Shown here piece after piece: positions 37,956 through 47,458 of a DNA stretch of 54,835 bases (position 1 is its first letter; every line of letters starts with the position of its first letter). The stretch comes from Clostridium sp. CAG:568 (GTDB lineage: Bacteria > Bacillota_I > Bacilli_A > RFN20 > CAG-288). Location: assembly GCA_000434395.1 (NCBI GenBank), contig FR878802.1:1-54835 (forward strand), given 5' to 3'. The notes below the pieces were generated by a model that saw only the letters and a program-made list of their open reading frames with translations, made no database searches and was not told where the DNA came from. The position numbers and the translations under genes were made by a program.

Positions 37956-40898
37956 ATGGAACAAACTGATGAATTATTCGTTTCTTCATTGATAAACGCA
38001 TATATAAAAGATAATGATGATATCGATTCTGATTTTTCACCTGAATTCATTTATAACTCAAACAATAAACTAGATAGAAAACAAGTCATTAAAGTATTAG
38101 CTGAAAACCTTAAGACTTGCGATGAATTCATGTTCTCTGTAGCTTTTATCAGCGATTCAGGAATAAGTCCATTAAAAATAGCTTTAAAAGAATGTCAAAA
38201 CAAAAATGTGAAAGGCCGAATATTAACTAGTAATTACTTGGATTTCACAGAGCCTAAAGCCTTAAAAGAATTGGATGAAATGCCAAATATAGATGTAAAA
38301 CTATTATGGATTGATGACAAATATACAAAGGATGAACCATCAGGATTCCATACAAAAGGATATATTTTCAAATTCAAAGACACATACAAAATAATAATCG
38401 GATCATCGAACCTAACAGGATCAGCATTAACATCTAACGAAGAATGGAATAGCCTTATAGTCACAAAGAAAGATGGAAAAATAGCAAAAGAGATTTTGAA
38501 TAGATTCGAAACACTTTGGAGCAATGATCATTCATTGAGCATAAAGACAATAATCGACAAATATGAAGAAGAATATGAATCTTTCAAAGAAATAAGATTA
38601 TCGAATTCAAAAGAAATAAAGAAAGAATTCAAGCCTAATTCGATGCAATTAGCATTCTGTACCAAACTTAATGAATCCATAGATAAAGGTAATAAAAGAG
38701 GTCTTTTAATCTCTGCGACAGGAACTGGTAAAACATATGCATCAGCATTCGGTGTTAAATCCATAAAAGATAAAATTGATTTAAAGAAAATGTTGTTTAT
38801 AACCCATAGGGAAACGATCTTAAAACAAGCTATAGAAACATATAGAAATGTTCTTGGTCAAGATATCAAAGCAGATTTATTCTCTAATGGGCATCACGAT
38901 ATAAAAGACAAGAATTATATTTTCTCTACAGTCAATACGATGAATCTTCATTTGAAAGAATTCACAAGAGATGAATTCGATTTAATTATAGTCGATGAAT
39001 GTCATCGAATCGGAAAAGAAGGAATGTATCAAAACATTTTAAACTACTTTCAGCCGAAGTTTCTTCTAGGAATGTCTGCAACACCAGATAGAACTGATGG
39101 ATACGATATTTATGATTTCTTCGATCATAATATCTTATATGAGATAAGACTATACAATGCTTTGGAATCAAAAATGTTAGTTCCTTTTTATTATTTTGGA
39201 ATATCGGATATTCTTATAAATGGGAAACAATTGAGCGATGATGCAACATTCGATCAGCTGACATGCGATGATAGAATAGACAATATAATCAACAATAGAA
39301 AATATTACGGATCATCTGGAAGTAGAATCAAAACTTTGATGTTTGTATCAAAGATTGAGGAAGGGATAGAATTATCAAAGAAGCTGAATAATCGTGGGCT
39401 CAAAACGATTTTCCTATCAGGAAGTAGTTCAAATGAAGATAGGGAAAAGTATATAAAGCTATTGGAAGAAGACAATACTAATAATCCATATTTAGATATG
39501 ATTTTAACAGTCGACATCTTCAACGAAGGAGTCGATATTCCTTCAGTGAATCAAATTATTCTTTTAAGACCTACACAATCTACAATTATATTTCTCCAGC
39601 AATTGGGTAGAGGTCTAAGAAAATTTGAAGGCAAGGATTATTTAACTGTAATCGACTTCATTGGAAATTATAAGAATGATTTCATGATTACAGATTCGTT
39701 CTCTTCAAAGAATAATGGAGAAGAATATCAGTCTAATGGTGGTGGTCGAGACGCATCTAAAACGACAAACATAATGCTTCCAGGTGGAAGCATTATAGAC
39801 TTCGACCCTATAACAATGAAGACAATAGTCGAAATAAGCGATAAGGCGAGAGATTCTGATAGTAGAAGAATTAAAGAGCAATATATAGCTATTAAAAACA
39901 AGTTAGGCCGCATTCCAACTTTAATTGAATATGATGAAAATGGAGATTTGACAGGCAGAGTTTTCTTAGATTTATTCAAACAGACTTACTATGATTTCTT
40001 ATCGAAAGAAGAAATAGGATCATTTGATATATTAAGCCAAGAAGATAGAGATGAGATTAAATATCTATCTAATAGCTTTGGTAACGGATTAAGAATTCAT
40101 GAAAGTCTTCTTCTCAAAACTTTGATTGAAGGTGGAAATGAAGAAGAATTCATAAAGCAATTACCTGTAAATCAAATATATGATGAAAAAACTAGAAAGT
40201 CAGTGATATCAGTACTAGATACGTCATTTTTATCAGTTAAGGGATCTTTAGCTTATTCGACTATTGCAATAAAAAATGATAGGATTCAATTATCTGATAA
40301 ATTCAAACAACATCTTTCAAATGAAACTTTCAATAAGTTTATAAATGAAATAATTGATTATTCAATCTATTCAAACAAGAAATATTTCTCTAATGTCACT
40401 GGAAATAATAATTTTGTTCTATATGAAAGATATTCTAGAAAAGATGTTTCTCGTCTAATCAATCTAACTAAGAACCAAGAAAGCACGATCTATGGATATA
40501 GAATCTTCAAAGATCTAAATATTGTCCCTATATTTGTAACCTACAACAAACATTTGGATAAGGAATCACAAATCAATTACTCCGATTACTTTGAAAATAA
40601 AAATATCTTTTGTTGGGATTCAAGGCATGATAGAACGACTGAATCACAAGAAATAAAAGACTTGTTGAGCGTAGCTAAGAACAACGGCCAAATAATGTTG
40701 TTCGTACAGAGAGAAAGTCCAGATAACAAAGATGGTTTAAATAAACGTTGTTTCTACTATCTAGGAAATACAAAAATACAAAATTATATCAATTCGACAA
40801 ACACTACTGAATCAGGAAAGAAAACAAACGTGGTCAAGTTTGAATTGAGGATGGACAATCCTATTCCAGAATATCTTTATAAATACTTCGTGATTTAA
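37956..40898 (+). CDS. PLD-family nuclease / SF2 (ResIII-DEAH) helicase / DUF3427-like C-terminal domain fusion protein
   Basis: HKD motif GFHTKGYIF...IIGSSNLT. Helicase motif I LISATGTGKT, motif II VDECHR, motif III GMSATPDR, motif VI QQLGRGLR. The C-terminal ~230 aa resemble DUF3427 (from memory). Confidence 0.85.
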   Translation: MEQTDELFVSSLINAYIKDNDDIDSDFSPEFIYNSNNKLDRKQVIKVLAENLKTCDEFMFSVAFISDSGISPLKIALKECQNKNVKGRILTSNYLDFTEPKALKELDEMPNIDVKLLWIDDKYTKDEPSGFHTKGYIFKFKDTYKIIIGSSNLTGSALTSNEEWNSLIVTKKDGKIAKEILNRFETLWSNDHSLSIKTIIDKYEEEYESFKEIRLSNSKEIKKEFKPNSMQLAFCTKLNESIDKGNKRGLLISATGTGKTYASAFGVKSIKDKIDLKKMLFITHRETILKQAIETYRNVLGQDIKADLFSNGHHDIKDKNYIFSTVNTMNLHLKEFTRDEFDLIIVDECHRIGKEGMYQNILNYFQPKFLLGMSATPDRTDGYDIYDFFDHNILYEIRLYNALESKMLVPFYYFGISDILINGKQLSDDATFDQLTCDDRIDNIINNRKYYGSSGSRIKTLMFVSKIEEGIELSKKLNNRGLKTIFLSGSSSNEDREKYIKLLEEDNTNNPYLDMILTVDIFNEGVDIPSVNQIILLRPTQSTIIFLQQLGRGLRKFEGKDYLTVIDFIGNYKNDFMITDSFSSKNNGEEYQSNGGGRDASKTTNIMLPGGSIIDFDPITMKTIVEISDKARDSDSRRIKEQYIAIKNKLGRIPTLIEYDENGDLTGRVFLDLFKQTYYDFLSKEEIGSFDILSQEDRDEIKYLSNSFGNGLRIHESLLLKTLIEGGNEEEFIKQLPVNQIYDEKTRKSVISVLDTSFLSVKGSLAYSTIAIKNDRIQLSDKFKQHLSNETFNKFINEIIDYSIYSNKKYFSNVTGNNNFVLYERYSRKDVSRLINLTKNQESTIYGYRIFKDLNIVPIFVTYNKHLDKESQINYSDYFENKNIFCWDSRHDRTTESQEIKDLLSVAKNNGQIMLFVQRESPDNKDGLNKRCFYYLGNTKIQNYINSTNTTESGKKTNVVKFELRMDNPIPEYLYKYFVI

Positions 40899-40966
40899 TA
40901 AGAAACAACTAAACTGAATGATTTTATGTATCATCAAATCTTTAAATACAGATTGGAAGAAATCTT

Positions 40967-41353
40967 TTAGATGGATTTCTTCAATTCTTTTACAACGAGT
41001 AAATCAGCTGGTAAAAAATCGATATTATCTAGTTGCTCTTTGGTTATGAATTTAGCATCTTCAGCCTCAACTAATTCTAAGTGGCCATCTATCAAAGAAC
41101 AGATAAAACACTCCATCTTCAAATGAAAATTCGGATAATCGTATTCTACAGTACATAAATATTTATCTATGTTTATATCTGCTTTCAATTCTTCTTTAAT
41201 CTCTCTTTTTAAACATTCTTCAGGAGTTTCACCTTCTTCTATTTTTCCGCCTGGAAATTCCCACCAATCTTTAAATTCCCCATATCCCCTTTGCGTCACA
41301 AAGATTTTATTATCTTTCATTATTATAGCTGCCGATACATGAATATTTTTCAT
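40967..41353 (-). CDS. Nudix hydrolase (MutT-like)
   Basis: Nudix box GGKIEEGETPEECLKREIKEELK. Confidence 0.85.
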   Translation of the reverse strand: MKNIHVSAAIIMKDNKIFVTQRGYGEFKDWWEFPGGKIEEGETPEECLKREIKEELKADINIDKYLCTVEYDYPNFHLKMECFICSLIDGHLELVEAEDAKFITKEQLDNIDFLPADLLVVKELKKSI

Positions 41354-41544
41354 TGCTGACTCACCTCTTACAAAACAGTATTTTATCTGGTGAAAGATCA
41401 GAGATCAAATCAAAAATATCATTTGACTTGTTATTTAAAAAACATTGGAGTAAAATACCCTATTGCAACCTGTCCGAGAGATAATCATTCCTCGGTTTTT
41501 CTCATGGGCATGGTCGAGCTAAAATTCCAAGGAGGAAAACTATT

Positions 41545-41814
41545 ATGGCATTAGCAAAAGAAGAAATCGTCGAACTTACTAAGAAGTACGGAAAAGATGA
41601 GAAGGACACTGGTAACACCAAAGTCCAAATCGCTCTTTTGACCAAAGAGATTGCAGATCTCACTGCTCACCTTTTGGCCAACACTCACGACTATTGTGCA
41701 AAGCGTTCTTTGACAATTCACGTCGCAAAGCGTACCAAGCTTCTCACCTATCTCAAGAGAACCGACTATGAGGGATATCAAGCCCTTATCAAGGATCTCA
41801 AACTCAAAAAGTAA
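41545..41814 (+). CDS. rpsO: 30S ribosomal protein S15
   Basis: 89 aa. DTGNTKVQIALLTKEI..LTAHL and KRTKLLTYLKRTDYEGYQALIKDL. Strong AAGGAGG RBS. Confidence 0.9.
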   Translation: MALAKEEIVELTKKYGKDEKDTGNTKVQIALLTKEIADLTAHLLANTHDYCAKRSLTIHVAKRTKLLTYLKRTDYEGYQALIKDLKLKK

Positions 41815-41834
41815 TTCGAGTTTCCATGTCATAT

Positions 41835-41866
41835 ACCCGCATTTCAAAACAATGCGGGTCTTTTTA
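41835..41866 (+). terminator. intrinsic terminator of rpsO
   Basis: ACCCGCATT-7 nt-AATGCGGGT followed by CTTTTTATT. Confidence 0.7.
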
Positions 41867-41912
41867 TTCCAAAAAATAAGGTAAAATATATAAGATGAAA
41901 GAAGGAATAGAT

Positions 41913-42422
41913 ATGATTGATAGTTTCGATGATGTTCTCAAAGCTAGAAGATCTACTAGAGAATACACTGAAGAAGGTGTATCCAAGGAGGACATGCAAC
42001 AAATAGTAGAAGCCGGTACATTAGCTCCAAGCGGAATGGGTAAAAAAGAATTGATGTTTATTGGATTGACGAACGAATATGCGAAAGAATATTTGTCGAT
42101 TGCAAAGAATAAATTTGGAATGGATAGATATTATGGTGCAAAGCACATAATCCTTGTATTTAGAAACAAAGAAATCGAATCCTTATATCTTTTGGATGTT
42201 GGTGCTGCTATGGAAAACATGTTGCTCAAAGCTACAAACTTAGGACTTCAATCTTGTTGGATTCATGCTGCTAAAGATTTAGCAGAAAATAAAGACTTTT
42301 CTAAGTTCCAAGAGAAGCTTGGATTAGATAGCAAATACGAAGTATTAGAATCTATAGCTATAGGACATGGCGAAAAAACTATAGATAAAGAAGTGGACAA
42401 TTCCCGTGTCAAAGTATTCTAA
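41913..42422 (+). CDS. nitroreductase-family protein
   Basis: ARRSTREY, APSGMG and DVGAAMENMLL..LGLQSCW. The second ATG (41913) is preferred, after GAAGGAA. Confidence 0.8.
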   Translation: MIDSFDDVLKARRSTREYTEEGVSKEDMQQIVEAGTLAPSGMGKKELMFIGLTNEYAKEYLSIAKNKFGMDRYYGAKHIILVFRNKEIESLYLLDVGAAMENMLLKATNLGLQSCWIHAAKDLAENKDFSKFQEKLGLDSKYEVLESIAIGHGEKTIDKEVDNSRVKVF

Positions 42423-43572
42423 ACATAGAATTGCCATCTTAGGTGGTGGAGTAGCCGGAGTCTCTTTAGCTCTATTCATAAAAAATAGAGATCCTAGTTT
42501 TGAAGTCTCGATTTTTGATGGTTCAAAAAAAGTGGCTTCTAGAATTCTTATATCTGGAAACGGACGATCAAACTTCTTCAATACAGACTATTTCAACCCA
42601 TCGAACTTGGAAGACCCAATCTTTCACAAAGCAAAAAGTATCGTGGAAGGATCGATAGGATTAGATGCTTTTAATGAGTTCATCAAAATAACAAATTGTC
42701 CTTATTTCAATCAAGGGAATCTCATATATCCTTTTGCGAACAAATCATCTGCTTTATATGATTCAATGATGGATAAAATCCAACAGTACAAAGCACAAAT
42801 AATTCATGAGAAAGTAATTGATGTATTTGAAAACAAAGATGAATCTATTTCTTTTAAAACTATCGATGAAAATAATGACATAAAGAAATACTCATTCGAT
42901 AAAGTATGTCTTTCATTCGGTGGTAATTCATTAGCATATCCACCTTTTGATTGGTCTATTTTGAAATCCTTAAATTTAAAACATATCGAATATACCCCCG
43001 CTATTTGTCCTATAAAAGTAAAAGAGAAAGGACTTAAAGCCTTAGATGGAATAAGAGCTAAATGCATCATGTCTCTTTATAAAAAGGATGATTTGATTTA
43101 TAAAGAAGAAGGCGAGATATTATTCAAACCTGATGGATTATCTGGAATATGTATCTTCAATGCATCGATTAGATTAAATCCAAATGAATTGAATTCATAT
43201 TCTATTCATTTGAATTTAACTAAGCATTCCAATTCTAAGATAGAAGTAGGTATGAATAATATCTATTATGCATATCCAAAACAATTGAGTGAATATATAG
43301 TTAAAAAATCTAAAGAAGATAGTAAGACTTTGAATGATGAAGCTAGTAATCTATCATTCCAAATCCAAGGTTTATATCCTTTTAAGTTCTCACAAGTATC
43401 CAAAGGCGGTATCGATTTCTCTGAAATCAATACAAAAAACATGAATCTAATTAAGCATAAAAATATCTATACTTTAGGTGAAATGCTAGATATACCATTA
43501 CCATGTGGCGGTTATAATATTGGATTGTGTATAATCGAAGCCTACAAAGCCATGTTAAGTTTATTAAGTTAG
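42406..43572 (+). CDS. HI0933/YhiN-like FAD-dependent flavoprotein
   Basis: Dinucleotide fold IAILGGGVAGVS. Family motif ILISGNGRSNF. C-terminal GEMLDI..PCGGYN. GTG start overlapping the upstream gene by 17 nt (start uncertain). Confidence 0.75.
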   Translation: MSKYSKHRIAILGGGVAGVSLALFIKNRDPSFEVSIFDGSKKVASRILISGNGRSNFFNTDYFNPSNLEDPIFHKAKSIVEGSIGLDAFNEFIKITNCPYFNQGNLIYPFANKSSALYDSMMDKIQQYKAQIIHEKVIDVFENKDESISFKTIDENNDIKKYSFDKVCLSFGGNSLAYPPFDWSILKSLNLKHIEYTPAICPIKVKEKGLKALDGIRAKCIMSLYKKDDLIYKEEGEILFKPDGLSGICIFNASIRLNPNELNSYSIHLNLTKHSNSKIEVGMNNIYYAYPKQLSEYIVKKSKEDSKTLNDEASNLSFQIQGLYPFKFSQVSKGGIDFSEINTKNMNLIKHKNIYTLGEMLDIPLPCGGYNIGLCIIEAYKAMLSLLS

Positions 43573-43584
43573 GAGAAAGAAGCT

Positions 43585-45000
43585 ATGGAAACAAACATAA
43601 ATCAATTAGTTAAAGACAATTTAGGATCTTATCCAGCTCAGATCTTTGAAGAGTACTTCAACGAAAGAATTCCGGAAGCTGATAGAGATGGAACATTAGC
43701 TGTTTTAAAGAACACACTAGATATCTTAAAACAGACAGGTAATCTCCCAAAGAATTCTTCCTTATACTCATTGGTCTTCGATTTAATAAACTATTCGTAT
43801 GGTGAATGGTGGTTTGCAGTAAGAGATAACAAGAACAAAAAAGAAATAGTAAAAGACCATTCTTTGATCGTTTCACTATCAAATAAAGTTGCTGTTAAAT
43901 TCTTGCTATTGGTAAGAGGAGTTAGAAAAGGTCAACTTAAAATATCTTCTTTGAGTCCTTATTCACCAGTCAACACTGCTTTAAAAGCCTTGATTACTGA
44001 GCTTATAAATCTCAATTTTCCTTTCATACAAAACAATCCTCAGAAGACTTTAATCAACGATTTGTTCGGAAGGATTTTCTCAAAATCAAATGGAACTTTA
44101 AAAATGTTATCGCAAGGTTTAGCTAGTGATGCGTATGTATCGTGGAGAACATTGCATGAAGCAGAATGCATCCTTGCAATTCTAGTCAAAGATGGAAAGC
44201 CTATGCAGGATGAATATGTCCAACATATCATCTACGATAACGCGTTTAGAGGATCTATACAATCCAAAGAGAGAACAGATGAAATATTCATAGCTTTAAA
44301 AGCTGATTTAAAGTCTCACGGATTGAAGAGTAAAGATATGAAGAAGTTCATCGAATACGGATGGCTTTATCAAACCCCAGAATATAAAACACTGGAAGAG
44401 AAAGGAAAGCTATTTGAAAAATACGCTGTTTCTATTCGTGATTCAAATGGAAAAGAAGGATCCTTTAAAATCATTAGAGGCCCATCTATCGAATCTGAGG
44501 ACTATCCTTTATTTGAAAAATATCGTGCTGAATTGATGTCATGGGATCACAACCAATTACATGATTTTAAATTGAACTTCAGGGATGGAATAGAATTCTT
44601 AGCCGGACTTTCAAAATATTCCGAATGGTACGAAACAGCCAGTGAAGTCACACATTCCTCACCTGTTTTCTTCTATTCAAACGATCAATTCTTCTTTGAC
44701 TTATCAACTGTCGCATTATATCAGTTAGTACTGAGAGTCACAGGAATCTTCATGTCATATATGGACGAAGTATTCTCGGCCAATCCAAACACAAAGGGAT
44801 TAGTTCTTCAACTAATCTCTTATGCCAAAGAGATGTGTGATGATCAATGCCAAAGATTTAAGAATCTATATGGAATAGATGTCTTAAACGACGAAGGTAG
44901 TGTCAAGGATCCACATTCGAGAACAAGAGCTGAAAACAAGAGTGTGGATGATGGTGAAGCCTTCGATAAGCTGAGTGACTCTATGGATGATAAAAACTAA
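43585..45000 (+). CDS. hypothetical protein with an acidic C-terminal tail
   Basis: 471 aa. AGGAGAAAG RBS. Tightly packed between the flavoprotein gene and rlmD. No motif recognised. Confidence 0.6.
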   Translation: METNINQLVKDNLGSYPAQIFEEYFNERIPEADRDGTLAVLKNTLDILKQTGNLPKNSSLYSLVFDLINYSYGEWWFAVRDNKNKKEIVKDHSLIVSLSNKVAVKFLLLVRGVRKGQLKISSLSPYSPVNTALKALITELINLNFPFIQNNPQKTLINDLFGRIFSKSNGTLKMLSQGLASDAYVSWRTLHEAECILAILVKDGKPMQDEYVQHIIYDNAFRGSIQSKERTDEIFIALKADLKSHGLKSKDMKKFIEYGWLYQTPEYKTLEEKGKLFEKYAVSIRDSNGKEGSFKIIRGPSIESEDYPLFEKYRAELMSWDHNQLHDFKLNFRDGIEFLAGLSKYSEWYETASEVTHSSPVFFYSNDQFFFDLSTVALYQLVLRVTGIFMSYMDEVFSANPNTKGLVLQLISYAKEMCDDQCQRFKNLYGIDVLNDEGSVKDPHSRTRAENKSVDDGEAFDKLSDSMDDKN

Positions 45001-45014
45001 AAGGACTATTTAAA

Positions 45015-46379
45015 ATGAGTGAAAAAACTATATATAAAAACCTTCCTATTGTTAGTGCCAAATGTATAGGATTGGATGATTTAGGGCAAGGTGTATGCAG
45101 GGATAAAGATAACATTCTTTTCGCTAGAGGACTCCTTCCTGGTGAGGAAGGTGAAGTACAGCTTAGAGCTGTCAAAGGAAAAGTTGCTTTTGGTGACACG
45201 ATCAAAGTCACTAAAAAAAGCCCTGATAGAGTCAAATGTCCTTTTGAATTGACAGAGACAGGAATATCAGATCTAGGTCATTTAAGATACGAAAAAAGGC
45301 TTATCTATAAACAAGAAAACATAAGAAATCTTATAAAGAAGTTCACCCATCTCGATATCGAAGTAAAGCCTACAATTCCTTGTCCTTTAAAAGATGGATT
45401 TAGAAACAAAATACAAAGACCTGTAAAGTATTCTGCTAAAGAGAAAAAAATAGTCAGTGGATATTATAGAATCAACACCCATAAGCTAGTAGAAATGGAG
45501 CATTGTCCAATCGAAAGCAAATTATCCGATATAGTTTTGACCAACCTTTTAACCATATTGAACAAATATAATATTCAGGCTTATGATGAGGATTCACAAG
45601 TAGGACTGTTACGTCATATATTGATCAGAACTTCCTACAACTACCAAGAAGCTTTAGTCACATTAGTCGTCACAAGTTTTGAAGTTCCAAATCTCGATAA
45701 CATAGTAAAAGATTTGATAGATATATGTCCTGAAGTTAAATCGATAACACTGAATTTAAACAAGAGAAGAACAAATGTCATTCTAGGAATGCTCGATAAA
45801 GTTGTATATGGCGATGGCCATATAAAAGATTCGATTCTCGGAAAGACATTTATCATATCAGCCAAATCCTTCTATCAAACGAATCCATCTCTTTTAGATC
45901 AACTCTATGGAAAAGCAATCGAAGGCCTTAATCTAAACGGAACAGAAACTATATTAGATGCATATTGCGGAACTGGTACAATTGGAATTTGTATGGCTGA
46001 CAAAGCTAAGAGAGTTGTCGGTGTAGAAATAGAGAGCAGCTCTTATGAAGATGCTTTGACAAATGCTAAAAACAACCATATAAACAACATTAATTTTCAC
46101 TTAGATGATGCGACTGAATATCTTCAAAGAACTGATGAGCATTTCGATTGTATAGTCTTAGATCCTCCAAGAAAAGGAACAACACCAGAGTTCATTAAAG
46201 CCTTGATAAAAAACGGTCCTGAAAAAGTAGCATACATATCTTGTGACCCTGCTACATTGGCTAGGGATTTAAATCTATTGAAGAATGATTATTCAATCAT
46301 TTCAGTACAAGGTGTGGATATGTTCCCTACTTCGCATCATGTCGAGACTGTGGTGTTGCTAAGTAAGAAAAACGGGTGA
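45015..46379 (+). CDS. rlmD: 23S rRNA (uracil-C5)-methyltransferase, RlmD/RumA family
   Basis: TRAM-like N-terminus, SAM motif LDAYCGTGTIG, LDPPRKG, YISCDPATLARD, and C-terminus VDMFPTSHHVETVVLLSKKNG. Confidence 0.9.
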   Translation: MSEKTIYKNLPIVSAKCIGLDDLGQGVCRDKDNILFARGLLPGEEGEVQLRAVKGKVAFGDTIKVTKKSPDRVKCPFELTETGISDLGHLRYEKRLIYKQENIRNLIKKFTHLDIEVKPTIPCPLKDGFRNKIQRPVKYSAKEKKIVSGYYRINTHKLVEMEHCPIESKLSDIVLTNLLTILNKYNIQAYDEDSQVGLLRHILIRTSYNYQEALVTLVVTSFEVPNLDNIVKDLIDICPEVKSITLNLNKRRTNVILGMLDKVVYGDGHIKDSILGKTFIISAKSFYQTNPSLLDQLYGKAIEGLNLNGTETILDAYCGTGTIGICMADKAKRVVGVEIESSSYEDALTNAKNNHINNINFHLDDATEYLQRTDEHFDCIVLDPPRKGTTPEFIKALIKNGPEKVAYISCDPATLARDLNLLKNDYSIISVQGVDMFPTSHHVETVVLLSKKNG

Positions 46380-46618
46380 AGATAGCTGAAAATCGATAAA
46401 AATTGAGGGATTTCCTTCTTTCTAAAAATGAGGAAAATCCTTTTTTTGTTGCAAAAATGGGCTAATTGGCGGTAAACCGGTAAAAAACAGGGCATTACTC
46501 GTATGGAGAAATAGGTCAACTTCAAAAATGAACACCCATCCTACCTCGTATCGATACGGGGATAGGTGACCTTTATCCATGTTATATGGAAGGAATGGGG
46601 TGAAAATCTTTTGTCTTG
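46316..46618 (+). repeat. left copy of a ~300-nt direct repeat (rlmD 3' end, terminator and conserved non-coding segment)
   Basis: Aligns by eye with 52443..52750. The most conserved core is 46470..46564 vs 52601..52695. Confidence 0.8.
46408..46447 (+). terminator. intrinsic terminator of rlmD (also present in the repeat copy at about 52539..52578)
   Basis: GGATTTCCT ... AGGAAAATCC followed by TTTTTTT. Confidence 0.6.
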
Positions 46619-46813
46619 GAAAGTCTTGCCATTTCAAAGAAAGCTATTTTTTCTTTAAGACTTCCCAATAACCTGTTTTTTTGAACCAACCCTTATCACA
46701 TAATTATATGCGACTAATTTTTCAAGGCATCTTCAAAGACAAGTGATCTAAATTATAATGGTGACGTTATAACTGTTAATGCTCATTTGGTGTGTGTTTG
46801 ACTCTTGAGTTTC

Positions 46814-47458
46814 TTAGTGATTTCCGAATAAAGTTCCCGTTCTTTTTGACAATAAATTGAAGAGGTTTTGAGTGTTGGCAGCGACATTTTCTCCTGCCAT
46901 TGCCAAGACACCAGAGATCTCTTTGTCGATTTCTCTCTTTGACTCCTCATAGCAATCTTCGAACAGCTTGCTCATGCATATGCACAACATATACATAATC
47001 TGGTTAAACAAGTAGAAGAGCCCGTTCACGTCGGACCATGCTCCAGTGTTTGCGTACCAAAGGTATCCGTTTGCGTGAGAGACCATCTGAGATTCTGCAT
47101 AATGGAGTTTTATCGAATGACCGTTTGATAAGCCTTTGCCATCTTCCTTAAATAAATCAGCCAACTGACTGACGAGCTTCGTCAAGGATTTCATCTTCCC
47201 CTCGGCATCCAATGTGTATCCTGTGGTTTTCTCGAAAGCTATGTCAAAGCTTTCTTTGCTCAAGCCGTTTGGGTATTTGGATTTATAGAACCCATATGCT
47301 TCCAAAAGGATTTCGTCGATGTCTTCCTTCGAGTCGTAGAGACGGGCAATCGACAGGTTATCATGGCATTGCATCAGCTTATAGGAATCGTTGACATCAT
47401 TAGAGTTCAAATAAACTTCGTAAAAGACGCTTAGAAGCTCTATGAGAACCTTCCACAT
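46814..47458 (-). CDS. hypothetical protein (third gene of the SymE-like cassette)
   Basis: 214 aa. Its ATG lies 19 nt inside the end of the upstream gene. That frame is closed by a TAA 31 codons upstream, so this is not a simple frameshifted continuation. Confidence 0.6.
   Translation of the reverse strand: MWKVLIELLSVFYEVYLNSNDVNDSYKLMQCHDNLSIARLYDSKEDIDEILLEAYGFYKSKYPNGLSKESFDIAFEKTTGYTLDAEGKMKSLTKLVSQLADLFKEDGKGLSNGHSIKLHYAESQMVSHANGYLWYANTGAWSDVNGLFYLFNQIMYMLCICMSKLFEDCYEESKREIDKEISGVLAMAGENVAANTQNLFNLLSKRTGTLFGNH

Noticed and set aside
46337-46637. Minus-strand ORFs (62 and 71 aa) crossing the conserved repeat core
   Set aside because: No equivalent ORF of 60 aa or more is listed over the second repeat copy (52443..52750), despite about 94% nucleotide identity in the core. 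The conservation is therefore not protein-coding.
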